Source: Candidatus Multivoradales bacterium (GTDB lineage Bacteria; Acidobacteriota; Thermoanaerobaculia; Multivoradales; Multivoraceae). From it: a stretch of DNA of 64,000 bases. The notes below the pieces were generated by a model, which was given only the letters and a program-made list of their open reading frames with translations, ran no database searches and was not told the origin of the DNA. The stretch spans positions 32,001 through 96,000 of the forward strand of contig CBDCWI010000001.1 in assembly GCA_965223325.1 (NCBI GenBank). The letters run 5' to 3'. Each line of letters opens with the position of its first letter. The stretch's first letter is position 1. Both the position numbers and the translations under genes were made by a program. Below are positions 18,032 through 26,092 of this stretch, one piece after another.

Positions 18032-18333
18032 TGACGGCGCCAGAGCTGGTCTTCTCGCCCGAGGAGCTTCTCCGTGTTGCGGCACGGAGCGCTACCGCTC
18101 CAACGAAGCAGCAGCCATCATCAGCCGACTCCGTGCACATTGGTGAGCTCGTGTGGCTCCTGGTCGGTAACTGGTGGTACCGGGGCATCATCGAGAGTCT
18201 TGAAGTCGGCGCCGCCGGCGCGTGTCGAGTTGCCTTCGTCAAGCCTGAGGACGACGACGAGGCGCTCCGGACGCATCAGATGTTCCGCTACCTCGACGAG
18301 CTGCGGATCGACCCGAAGGAGGTGCCCGAATGA
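18028..18333 (+). CDS. Phage early protein (possible SH3/Tudor-like fold)
   Basis: IGELVW.LVGNWWYRGII; ATGA overlaps on both sides. Confidence 0.6.
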   Translation: MMTAPELVFSPEELLRVAARSATAPTKQQPSSADSVHIGELVWLLVGNWWYRGIIESLEVGAAGACRVAFVKPEDDDEALRTHQMFRYLDELRIDPKEVPE

Positions 18334-18974
18334 TGGACTTCTGGCTTGCGGCCTTCGTCTTCATCGCCGGCCTCGTCACAGGCGGAGTCGGCGTCTACTA
18401 CCCCGCCTACCATCGCGGGCTCGTCTCTGGGCGGGAGATCTGGCAGGGGAAGATCCGGCGCGCCAGACAGCGCCAGCATGGCGCCCTGGTGGGTCTTCTG
18501 ATCCTCTTCATCCTCCCCGCCGTTGCCGACGCACAACTGTCGCGCAACCACATCGTCGAACTCGGAATTCGATCGTGTGACCCCTCCGCCGCGAACTGCC
18601 TGGCCGATGGGCGCTGGGAAGTGATCGTGATCGAGAACCCGACGAACCTCATGACGGAGTCCTTCCGCTCGGCGACCTACCAGGCGCTGGAAACGAAGCC
18701 GCTCGAGGCGGGTGGCGTGCATGCGGTGGCCTGGGAGTCAGGGCCCCTGCAGCCGGTCGGGATGGTGTCCATCACGGACGACTGCGCGCGCACCGGTTTC
18801 GTGCGGGTGCGGATCGCCGGCGCCACGTTTCGTGCGACAGAGATCCACGTGGTCGACAACGAGACGTCGCTGCTCCGGACGTACTTCGGCTACGCCGCGG
18901 GCGAGCACGGTCGTTGGTCCACGGCTCCGCCTGTGTTTCGCGACGCCGAAGCGTTGCCTTGTGCCCCAAATTGA
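18330..18974 (+). CDS. Membrane/secreted protein with Cys-containing extracellular domain
   Basis: Two hydrophobic segments, ADA|Q cleavage-like site, CLADGRWEV...DDC..TG...VVD..T...RTY...D.EAL.C. Confidence 0.7.
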   Translation: MMDFWLAAFVFIAGLVTGGVGVYYPAYHRGLVSGREIWQGKIRRARQRQHGALVGLLILFILPAVADAQLSRNHIVELGIRSCDPSAANCLADGRWEVIVIENPTNLMTESFRSATYQALETKPLEAGGVHAVAWESGPLQPVGMVSITDDCARTGFVRVRIAGATFRATEIHVVDNETSLLRTYFGYAAGEHGRWSTAPPVFRDAEALPCAPN

Positions 18975-19000
18975 AATCCGAAACCGAAAGGAACCGCACC

Positions 19001-19375
19001 GTGCCCGGAAGATGGTCCCACCTGTACGACAGCAAGTATCTGAACTCCGATGACCTCGCCCAGGAGTACACCACCGTTCGCATCGAGTCGGTCGGCCCCG
19101 AGATGATCTACCAGGGCCACGGAAAGCCAGACGAGGAGCTTCTATGCCTCTCCTTTGCCGGGACCAGAAAGCGACTCGTGCTGAGAAAGACCACCTACTA
19201 CCAGCTGGTCGACCTGCTTGGCGAGATCGAAGACGAGTGGGTTGGCCAGAAGGTCCGGCTGTGGAAGACCAAGGTCAAGGCGTTTGGAGAGATGGTCTGG
19301 GCGATCCGGTTCAAGGGTGTTGCCGCGGGAGAAGATCCGCCCAGGCCGGAACCTGAGCCGCGAGGTCGCGAGTGA
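19001..19375 (+). CDS. Putative phage ssDNA-binding (OB-fold-like) protein
   Basis: SKYL.SDDL, KRLVLRKT, W.GQKV.L, AIRF pattern; GTG start after AAAGGA. Confidence 0.6.
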   Translation: MPGRWSHLYDSKYLNSDDLAQEYTTVRIESVGPEMIYQGHGKPDEELLCLSFAGTRKRLVLRKTTYYQLVDLLGEIEDEWVGQKVRLWKTKVKAFGEMVWAIRFKGVAAGEDPPRPEPEPRGRE

Positions 19376-19701
19376 TGCAACAGAGCAAGCTCGTTCTAAC
19401 CGCCCCGATCGTCCACCGCACCGACCCCCTCTCGAGCTTCCAGGCGGCCGAGAAGAAGGACCGAAGCGGCACCCGTGTGAAACACGCCGAGATCGTTCTG
19501 GGCCTGGTCAAGCTCCGGCCTGGTCGGACAGCGGCGGAGCTCGCCGCCGGCACTGGAGCGATATGCGTCGACGACACGCGCCGGCTCATGGAGGTGAGGC
19601 GCAGGCTCTCTGACCTCAAAGAGGACGAGTACATCCGCCGAGGTGAGGCACGCAGGTGCTCTGTCCTCGGCTCTAACACAGCTACATGGTGGCCTTTATG
19701 A
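19372..19701 (+). CDS. Winged-HTH phage protein
   Basis: RTDP.SS..AA, T..ELA, RRRLSDL. Confidence 0.7.
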   Translation: MMQQSKLVLTAPIVHRTDPLSSFQAAEKKDRSGTRVKHAEIVLGLVKLRPGRTAAELAAGTGAICVDDTRRLMEVRRRLSDLKEDEYIRRGEARRCSVLGSNTATWWPL

Positions 19702-20036
19702 CCCAGACAATCGACAATCTCCCGACTCTCGACACCATCATGGAGGGTGCGCTCCTCGACCGCTTCCAGTCAGCGCTCCTAACCGTGCTGGCGAACATCG
19801 ACGACCCGAACACCGAGCACGGCTCGATTCGGAAGATCAAGATGATCGTGTCGTTCAAGCCGGATGCCGAACGCGTCGCACCCAAGATGAAGATCTCGGT
19901 CGACACCGTGCTAGCCCCAGACGCCCCGCTGGAGCGGACTGTCTTCGCTGGTACCGAGAAGGGCCAGTACGTGATGTACGACCACAATCCCAACCAGTTG
20001 CGCCTGGGTGTCGATGACACCTCGGGATCAAACTGA
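19698..20036 (+). CDS. Conserved phage protein (so-called replication-terminator-like family)
   Basis: GAL..RF...L..VLANI.DPNT....RKI....FKPD.ER. Confidence 0.65.
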   Translation: MTQTIDNLPTLDTIMEGALLDRFQSALLTVLANIDDPNTEHGSIRKIKMIVSFKPDAERVAPKMKISVDTVLAPDAPLERTVFAGTEKGQYVMYDHNPNQLRLGVDDTSGSN

Positions 20037-20049
20037 GAGGAGGCCGAAG

Positions 20050-20757
20050 ATGCTTGAGAGCTTCGCGAGATTCCTTGAAGAGCGCCGAGCGCCCGCGGTC
20101 ATCGAGGGCACCGAGTTTTTCACTGCCCAGCCCTGGCGAGCCCCTGGTCCGCCGGCGGCGTCATCTCTGGGTGTGTCAACCCTCACGGCCGTAACTAGCT
20201 ACTTGAGAGACAACCGAGACGCTCTTGACCTCAAGAAGGCGGTCTTCGCTCACATCGAGTCCCCGAACCAGGTCTCGATCGTCGGAACCCTGAGGGGTGA
20301 TCGAACGCGTGAGGAGTTTCTGATTGCAAAGTGCTCTGATCTCGCCGACGACCTCCTGGGCCGCTGGCGGCCTCGTGAGGAGTTCCAGATCCAGCTTATG
20401 ACCCGGTTCGCTCCGAACGATCAGCTCGACGAGCTCGTCAAGCTCGTTGGCAACATCCACTCCGGCGCCACACGAAAGGTCACTGATGACGGGGTATCGC
20501 AAGAGGTCACAGTCCAGAAAACAGTTGGCTCTGTCGAGCGCAGAAAGCTGGGCGGCCGATTCTCTCTACGCCCCCACCGCAGCTTCCCGGAAATCGAGCC
20601 GACTGAACAGGTATTCCTGTTTCGGATCAAGGACACGGGCACAGACATCTCCTGCTGTCTGTTTGAAGCCGACGGCGGTCGGTGGAAGGTCCCGGCGATC
20701 GCGGCGATCGCGGAATACCTCGTCGAGAGCGGGCTCCCGGTCCCCGTCATTGGATGA
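20050..20757 (+). CDS. Conserved phage protein, usual partner of the preceding gene
   Basis: DDGVSQ.VT, LRP.RSFPEIE, LFEADGG.W; GAGGAGG RBS. Confidence 0.7.
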   Translation: MLESFARFLEERRAPAVIEGTEFFTAQPWRAPGPPAASSLGVSTLTAVTSYLRDNRDALDLKKAVFAHIESPNQVSIVGTLRGDRTREEFLIAKCSDLADDLLGRWRPREEFQIQLMTRFAPNDQLDELVKLVGNIHSGATRKVTDDGVSQEVTVQKTVGSVERRKLGGRFSLRPHRSFPEIEPTEQVFLFRIKDTGTDISCCLFEADGGRWKVPAIAAIAEYLVESGLPVPVIG

Positions 20758-21002
20758 GTGGCTCCGCCTACAACCCCAGCCAGGACGAGAGCCCTGGCAT
20801 CGTGCGGGGTAAGCACCGGATCACTCGGGGGCTCTACTACGAGCAGGGTGTCATGCAGCGAATGGTCAAGATCGTCGGCCGCAGCGGCGAGACGTCTGGC
20901 TGTGGCCGGTTCGAGACCTGCAAGGTCGAGATCGAGCCCGGGGTGCTGGCGGACCGCCAGGTGCTGGTGAACTCGATCATCACCTCGAGGAGTATGTCTT
21001 GA
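20754..21002 (+). CDS. Phage hypothetical protein
   Basis: ATGA overlap at 20754; in frame with track ORF 20682..21002. Confidence 0.5.
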   Translation: MSGSAYNPSQDESPGIVRGKHRITRGLYYEQGVMQRMVKIVGRSGETSGCGRFETCKVEIEPGVLADRQVLVNSIITSRSMS

Positions 21003-22048
21003 GTGACCGCGACCGTGGCATCTATCGGCGGGTCTTCGTGAGGATCTGGAACCATCCGACGTTCATAGGTTTCGAGAACGACGCCCGGCTCCTGTTCCTC
21101 ATGTTCATGACCCACCCGAAAATGACTCGGCTCGGGGTGATGGAGATGGCCCTGTCCACCATGTGCCGCCAGGCGAAGCTCTCGAAGTCCGGGCTCGAGA
21201 GTGCACTGGCCGAACTCGAGGGCTCAGGTTGGGCCGAGTGGGACGAGGAAAACGAGCTTGTTCGGCTCCCGCGTTTCCTCGAACACAACCCCCCCGAGAA
21301 CCCCAACGTCGCGAAGAGTCTGGGTCACATTCTTGACTCGCTTCCCCGGGTCGACCTGGTGTTCCGGCAGCTGAAGACTGCCGCGGAAGCCTTTCAGAAT
21401 CTCTCGGAGCCGACCTCTCGCGCCTTCGCAAACGCCCTGCCAGGCTGGGCCCGAAAGGCTTTGCCCAACCCTTTAGAAAAGCCTTTGCCAGACCCTTCCG
21501 GAGACCCTTCACCAAAGCCTATGGCAAATAGGGAAGAGGGAAGAGGGATAAGGGATAAGGGAAGAGGGAAGAGGGAAGAGGGATTCCGGAGGGGCTCCCC
21601 CGAGGACGAAGAACAATTTCTAGACAGTGAATACTCGGAGAGTCTGGATTCGCTTCTCGGCCTGTGGCCCGAGCCACACCGGCCGATGTCGCCGGCGGCC
21701 GTCTCGAGGGTGCAGCGCGAGTTCGTGCTGGCGGCAGATGCGGCACACGGACCGCACCGGCTGACCGAGAACGGCGCGGCATATCTCGCGTTCTGCGAGA
21801 TGACCGATCGGCCGGTGAGGTCGGTCCTGAACTGGGTGAAAGACCCGGAGACGTACGCAGAGGACTGGCTGGCGAAAGCTGCGGCGGCGGCGCGCAACCC
21901 ACCCAAGAGCAGGGATCGAGTCACGGCGCAGTTCGAGATGGAGCAGCAGGCGATCAGGGGCAACCAACCAACACCGGAGCCGGAAATGTCGGATGAGCAG
22001 AGGGCGGCGATAGCCGAAGCTCTTGCCGAAAGGCAGGGTGCGGCATGA
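20999..22048 (+). CDS. Putative phage replication initiator
   Basis: N-terminal YR.VFVRIW..P.F...ARLLFL winged helix, FLEHNPPENPN, Pro-rich linker, C-terminal helical domain. Confidence 0.7.
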   Translation: MSDRDRGIYRRVFVRIWNHPTFIGFENDARLLFLMFMTHPKMTRLGVMEMALSTMCRQAKLSKSGLESALAELEGSGWAEWDEENELVRLPRFLEHNPPENPNVAKSLGHILDSLPRVDLVFRQLKTAAEAFQNLSEPTSRAFANALPGWARKALPNPLEKPLPDPSGDPSPKPMANREEGRGIRDKGRGKREEGFRRGSPEDEEQFLDSEYSESLDSLLGLWPEPHRPMSPAAVSRVQREFVLAADAAHGPHRLTENGAAYLAFCEMTDRPVRSVLNWVKDPETYAEDWLAKAAAAARNPPKSRDRVTAQFEMEQQAIRGNQPTPEPEMSDEQRAAIAEALAERQGAA

Positions 22049-22257
22049 GGCTCAACGAGTACGCCGTTTGCGTCGAGTGCGACGCCCTGGTCGAGGTTGA
22101 CCGCGAGGGCGGCTGCTGGTCCTGCTGCTCGACCTCGCTGCTTCCGCTCGAGGTGCTCGCTGGGCGCGTGCGATTGGTGCCTGTCCAGGACTGGAAACGC
22201 CGGGAGCCGCTCGAGGCTGTGGGGCGCCCTGAGCTTCTTACGGAGGCGGCTTCATGA
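22045..22257 (+). CDS. Small zinc-ribbon-like phage protein
   Basis: CVECD...CWSCCS. Confidence 0.55.
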   Translation: MRLNEYAVCVECDALVEVDREGGCWSCCSTSLLPLEVLAGRVRLVPVQDWKRREPLEAVGRPELLTEAAS

Positions 22258-22514
22258 ACATCTCAGGAATCACCGATCTGCTCGAGCGCTGCGAGCGCGA
22301 AGGCGTGGACGTGGCAAACGCACTTCGGGTCATGGATGACCCCATCGCAGCAGCCAAGAAGCTGGAACAGCTTCGGGCCGAGCGCGATTTTCTGAAGGGC
22401 GAGGTAGAGAACTCTCGCCGGCTCGAGGGGCTGCGCCGGCGCGAAACGGCAGCCGGTGACGCCGGCATTCTTGGGCCGGTGGTTCTTCCGCCGATTCCTG
22501 GAGGACAGGTATGA
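22254..22514 (+). CDS. Phage hypothetical protein
   Basis: GGAGG RBS, ATGA overlaps. Confidence 0.6.
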   Translation: MNISGITDLLERCEREGVDVANALRVMDDPIAAAKKLEQLRAERDFLKGEVENSRRLEGLRRRETAAGDAGILGPVVLPPIPGGQV

Positions 22515-22672
22515 AGACTGGACCTGGATGCGGCTTGCTGACTGGAGGTCTCGCGCTGGTCTGGTGCCTGGCCGATACGCGGACCGCGCTGATAACAACC
22601 CTCATGACTATTGGCGGGGTAGCGATGGGGGCGATTGTCGCCATGCTCGCCGAGGAGGCAAAGAAGAAGTGA
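22511..22672 (+). CDS. 53-aa small membrane protein (not in ORF track)
   Basis: MKTGPGCGLLTGGLALVWCL...IGGVAMGAIVAMLAEEAKKK; ATGA and GTGA overlaps on either side. Confidence 0.55.
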   Translation: MKTGPGCGLLTGGLALVWCLADTRTALITTLMTIGGVAMGAIVAMLAEEAKKK

Positions 22673-22932
22673 GCGTTGCAGAACACATCGATCCCAACCT
22701 GCCCCCTTCTGTCGAAGAGCTCGCCCAGGAACTGAACCAGATGATCACGATCGACCAGGCTGCAGAGAAGATCTCTTGGCTGACTGATCATCAGATCCGG
22801 CATCAGGTCCGGGCGTGCAAGAAGAACGGGCTCCTAGAGTGTGGCGGCGTCTGGAGACCGCCTGGAGTGAGGAAGGTGATGATCAACTGGCCGCGCTACG
22901 TGGTGTGGCTGCGGAAGGGAGGGACGGTCTAG
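22669..22932 (+). CDS. Excisionase-like DNA-binding protein
   Basis: ITIDQAAE...LT...IR....KKNGL...RKVMIN...YV.WL; close to the integrase. Confidence 0.6.
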   Translation: MSVAEHIDPNLPPSVEELAQELNQMITIDQAAEKISWLTDHQIRHQVRACKKNGLLECGGVWRPPGVRKVMINWPRYVVWLRKGGTV

Positions 22933-23175
22933 ATGGAGCAGCAGAACGAGCAGAGGGTCGCTGAATTCCTGGATGAGCTCTCGGCTCTGACGCGCAAACA
23001 CAAGATTGTGATTGGAGGTTGCGGCTGCTGCGGATCACCTTTCCTCGAAGTGCTGGACGAGGAGGTTCCTGGGTCCGACCGTTACAAGGCTGACAGTGGC
23101 GACAGGGTTGGTGACCCATGGAGAGACTTGGAGCACACCTCTCAGTGCGGCGCCGCATCCCGAGCCAAATCATGA
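22933..23175 (+). CDS. Phage hypothetical protein (GCGCCGSP)
   Basis: GGAGG RBS; FL.EL..LTRKH.I.IGGCGCCGSP; 3' end overlaps the integrase. Confidence 0.55.
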   Translation: MEQQNEQRVAEFLDELSALTRKHKIVIGGCGCCGSPFLEVLDEEVPGSDRYKADSGDRVGDPWRDLEHTSQCGAASRAKS

Positions 23176-24206
23176 ATCCGGTCCCTCACAAGGTGCGCGT
23201 AGCGCATGGTCGACTGGAGACTCTTGTGCCCCAGGACCTGCCCGATCTCGATCAGCGTCGCACCGCGCTCCGCGAGGCGAGACGCGCAGGTGTGCCGCAG
23301 ATCGTGGAAGCGAAACGAGGCCTCGATTCCTGCCCGTACCTTCGCCGAGTTCCACGCCTTGCGCGGAAAGTGGCAGTGCCCACGCTCTTCGAAAACGAAA
23401 TCGTCAGGAGCGAGCGCCATGTCGCTGCACCAATCGTCCATCACGGAGATGGCGAGCTCGGAGAGCCCGACGCTGCGGTGAGTCTTGTTCTTGGTCTGCA
23501 TGAGGTAGACGATCCTAGATTCGAGGTCGAGATCGCGCCGCAGAAGGCCAAGCAGCTTCCCCTCTCGAGCCCCGGTGCAGATCCCGAGAACGACCAGCGG
23601 ATAGAGGCGCGGCGAGCATCGTGCGGGCTTCTCTGGCCGGCACGCGGCCAGGAGGGCCGCCACCTCGTCATCGGTGAGAAACCGATCTCGCCCGGGGGCG
23701 AGCTTCCCGATGGCCAGGCTCTCGATCGGACTCCGTTCCACGAATCGCTCGCTGGCCGCGAAGGCGAACGAGCGCTTGAGAACACGCAGGTAGTGAATGC
23801 GGGTGTTCGGCGCCTGCCTACCTCGAGCGCCAGGACGGTCAGGCCGGCGTGCGGCAATCCGCTCCCATGCGTCGCGCACCATCTGCGGCGTGAGGAGCGG
23901 CACGGGCAGCGTCCCGAGCTCCGAGCGCCACTCCGCCAGGCGCTGTCGGCAGTCCCGTGCGTAAGCGTCCGACCGACCCTCCAGACCACTGGCCAGGAAG
24001 TGATCGAAGACGTCAGCCACCTTGAGCTGGCCGGCGACGATCCCAGAGACATCGCCGAGCCGGATCTTCGTCTCGGTAGCCGTCGCCCAGGCCTCCCCGT
24101 CCCTCTTTCGCTGGAAGGTTTCGGACAGGTCGACACCCTTCATCCGGATGCGAAAGCGGTGCGAGACGCTGCCATTCTTGGCGACTCGGCGGGCATAGCT
24201 GGCCAT
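23142..24206 (-). CDS. int: Tyrosine recombinase / phage integrase
   Basis: TGAR, TKN, FHDLRH, LGH, MRY catalytic set; start MASYARR after GGGGGGAA. Confidence 0.95.
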   Translation of the reverse strand: MASYARRVAKNGSVSHRFRIRMKGVDLSETFQRKRDGEAWATATETKIRLGDVSGIVAGQLKVADVFDHFLASGLEGRSDAYARDCRQRLAEWRSELGTLPVPLLTPQMVRDAWERIAARRPDRPGARGRQAPNTRIHYLRVLKRSFAFAASERFVERSPIESLAIGKLAPGRDRFLTDDEVAALLAACRPEKPARCSPRLYPLVVLGICTGAREGKLLGLLRRDLDLESRIVYLMQTKNKTHRSVGLSELAISVMDDWCSDMALAPDDFVFEERGHCHFPRKAWNSAKVRAGIEASFRFHDLRHTCASRLAERGATLIEIGQVLGHKSLQSTMRYAHLVRDRIHDLARDAAPH

Positions 24207-24298
24207 CGTTCCCCCCAAAACTATTATCTGCAGTGGCCCATATTGGCCCACGCGGTGTTTTGGGAGTCTAGCCGATCTTTCGAAGTTGCCGTCTTTTC

Positions 24299-24375
24299 TG
24301 GTGCGCCCGGCAGGATTCGAACCTGCGACCTACGGTTTAGGAAACCGGTGCTCTATCCTGCTGAGCTACGGGCGC
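24299..24375 (-). tRNA. tRNA-Arg (anticodon CCT), CCA encoded; probable prophage att site
   Basis: GCGCCCG acceptor stem, D arm GCTC/GAGC, loop TT-CCT-AA, T loop GGTTCGAATCC, ACCA end. Confidence 0.96.
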
Positions 24376-24390
24376 CTCGCGCAAGCGCAG

Positions 24391-24419
24391 ATCGTAGCGC
24401 GTCGCAAAATTGTAGACAA
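24391..24419 (-). promoter_or_regulatory. Sigma70-like promoter of tRNA-Arg
   Basis: TTGTCT-17nt-TACGAT upstream of the tRNA. Confidence 0.55.
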
Positions 24420-24528
24420 CACGGCAAAGGAGTGTGAGGAAGGCGAAAGGCCCGTCGTAGGGCGCTCCGACGCAGAAACACCGAGATCCTCCCAGGGTTG
24501 AGCCCTCCAGCGCCGTAGCCCGAAGGGA

Positions 24529-24959
24529 CCAATCACTCCACCAAGTCGCCGAAGGCGCGCGCACGAGTGCGCGATGTGCGAAGCACGAGCGAGCAAGTCC
24601 AGCCATCCGGCTCCGAAACCGATCACTCCGCGCAAGTCGCCGAAGGCGCGCGCATGAGTGCGCGATGTGCGAAGCACGAGCGAGCGAGACCAACCATCCG
24701 GCTCCGAAGCCAATCACTCGGCGCAGGTCGCCGAAGGCGCGCGCATGAATGCGCGATGTGCGAAGCACGAGCGAGCAAGACCAGCCATCCGGCTCCGAAA
24801 CCAATCACTCCGCGCAAGTCGCCGAAGGCGCGCGCACGAGTGCGCGATGTGCGAAGCACGAGCGAGCAAGACCAGCCATCCGGCTCCGAAACCAATCACT
24901 CCGCGCAAGTCGCCGAAGGCGCGCGCACGAGTGCGCGATGTGCGAAGCACGAGCGAGCA
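24529..24959. repeat. Tandem array, ~4.7 copies of a 91-bp hairpin-rich unit
   Basis: GCCGAAGGC at 24548, 24639, 24730, 24821 and 24912. Confidence 0.95.
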
Positions 24960-24996
24960 CCCCCCTCACCAACCCCGTTGTGCGCAGACTCCGAAA

Positions 24997-25286
24997 GGGC
25001 GGGAGGTGGAGCTTCGGGACTGCCCGCGGAGCAGTCAGACGGTAAAGGCGCAGGATCCAGCTTAGGGGCGCACGGGGTGCGGGGCGGATCAGGGTGGGCA
25101 AGTGTTTGAGCGGAGCGCCCACCCGAAGACCGGGCGGCATCGAACGCAGATGAATCGTCGAGGTCCACCGCACTCCCAGCGAAGCGCAGCGAGTTTTGCC
25201 CACCCCCGCCCCGCGCCCCGGGCACCCCTTAGCTGGATGCGCCGGCCGTCGCGGAGCGGGCAGTGCCGAAGCTCCACCTCCCGCCC
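24997..25286. repeat. Long imperfect inverted repeat (MITE/REPIN-like)
   Basis: GGGCGGGAGGTGGAGCTTCGG...GGGTGGGCAA mirrored by TTGCCCACCC...CCGAAGCTCCACCTCCCGCCC. Confidence 0.8.
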
Positions 25287-25421
25287 GGCGCCCTGGCACA
25301 CCCACACAACCCCACACTCCCGCCCACGCCTACAACGCCCACGCCTACAGGCCCCCACCCTGCGAGCTCCGCGTATTCCAGACTCGGCACTCTCACCGGA
25401 TCAGTGAGCGCACAACTCCAC

Positions 25422-26084
25422 TCAAGTGCCCTCGCCGCCCGGCCGCTCGAACCCATGTCGGCCGAGCAACGGCACAAACGACACCGCCTCGCCGACGCGT
25501 TTCTTGGCGGCGCCCCAGGCGTCACGCTCGAGCAATACCAGACGCTGATTGCCGTGCTCACCCACCGGAATGACCATCCGGCCCCGTGGGGCGAGCTGCT
25601 CGATGAGCGGGGGTGGAACATCCGGCGCCCCAGCGGTGACCAGGATGCGATCGTATGGCGCCCGATCGCTGAAGCCGATCGAGCCATCGAAGACCTGGAT
25701 CTTGACGTTGTCGAACCCGAGTGTCTGGATCCGCTGGACTGCCTGCCGGGCCAGCGCCGACACCCGTTCAATGCTGTACACCACGCGCGCCAGCTGGGCC
25801 AGGACTGCCGTCTGGTAGCCAGAACCCGTACCAATCTCGAGCACGCTGTGCTCCTTCTCGAGCTCGAGCAACTCGGTCATCCGAGCGACGATCCAGGGAG
25901 CGGAGATGGTCTGCCCTTCCCCGATCCTAAGGGCGTAGTCCTTGTAGGCGCGTGCCCCAAGGGCTTTGTCGACAAAGTCGTGACGCGGCACCGCACGCAT
26001 CGCCTCGAGCACCCGCTGATCACGGATTCCCTTCGCTTCGAGATCGCGCAGCATCCGGTCGCGAGCGTAGTCCAGCCCAACCAT
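25422..26084 (-). CDS. pcm: Protein-L-isoaspartate O-methyltransferase
   Basis: GQTISAP, VLEIGTGSGYQ, APYDRI.VTAG. Confidence 0.95.
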   Translation of the reverse strand: MVGLDYARDRMLRDLEAKGIRDQRVLEAMRAVPRHDFVDKALGARAYKDYALRIGEGQTISAPWIVARMTELLELEKEHSVLEIGTGSGYQTAVLAQLARVVYSIERVSALARQAVQRIQTLGFDNVKIQVFDGSIGFSDRAPYDRILVTAGAPDVPPPLIEQLAPRGRMVIPVGEHGNQRLVLLERDAWGAAKKRVGEAVSFVPLLGRHGFERPGGEGT

Positions 26085-26092
26085 GGCTGCCC

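Larger units (their letters stand above)
1..24298. mobile_element. Temperate prophage (HK97-like head module), right end at tRNA-Arg; extends beyond left edge
   Basis: Integrase next to the tRNA 3' end, cI/cro pair, terminase-portal-protease-capsid-neck gene order, tightly overlapping ORFs; host housekeeping genes resume after the tRNA. Confidence 0.95.

Noticed and set aside
1-24298. Gene transfer agent or phage satellite
   Set aside because: Has its own integrase, switch, replication, packaging, head and neck genes, as expected of a full temperate phage; tail and lysis genes are presumably left of the window
24529-24959. CRISPR array
   Set aside because: Whole 91-bp units repeat with no unique spacers, and there are no cas genes in the window
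24337-25358. Multiple ORFs in the repeat region
   Set aside because: Translations simply mirror the 91-bp and inverted repeats
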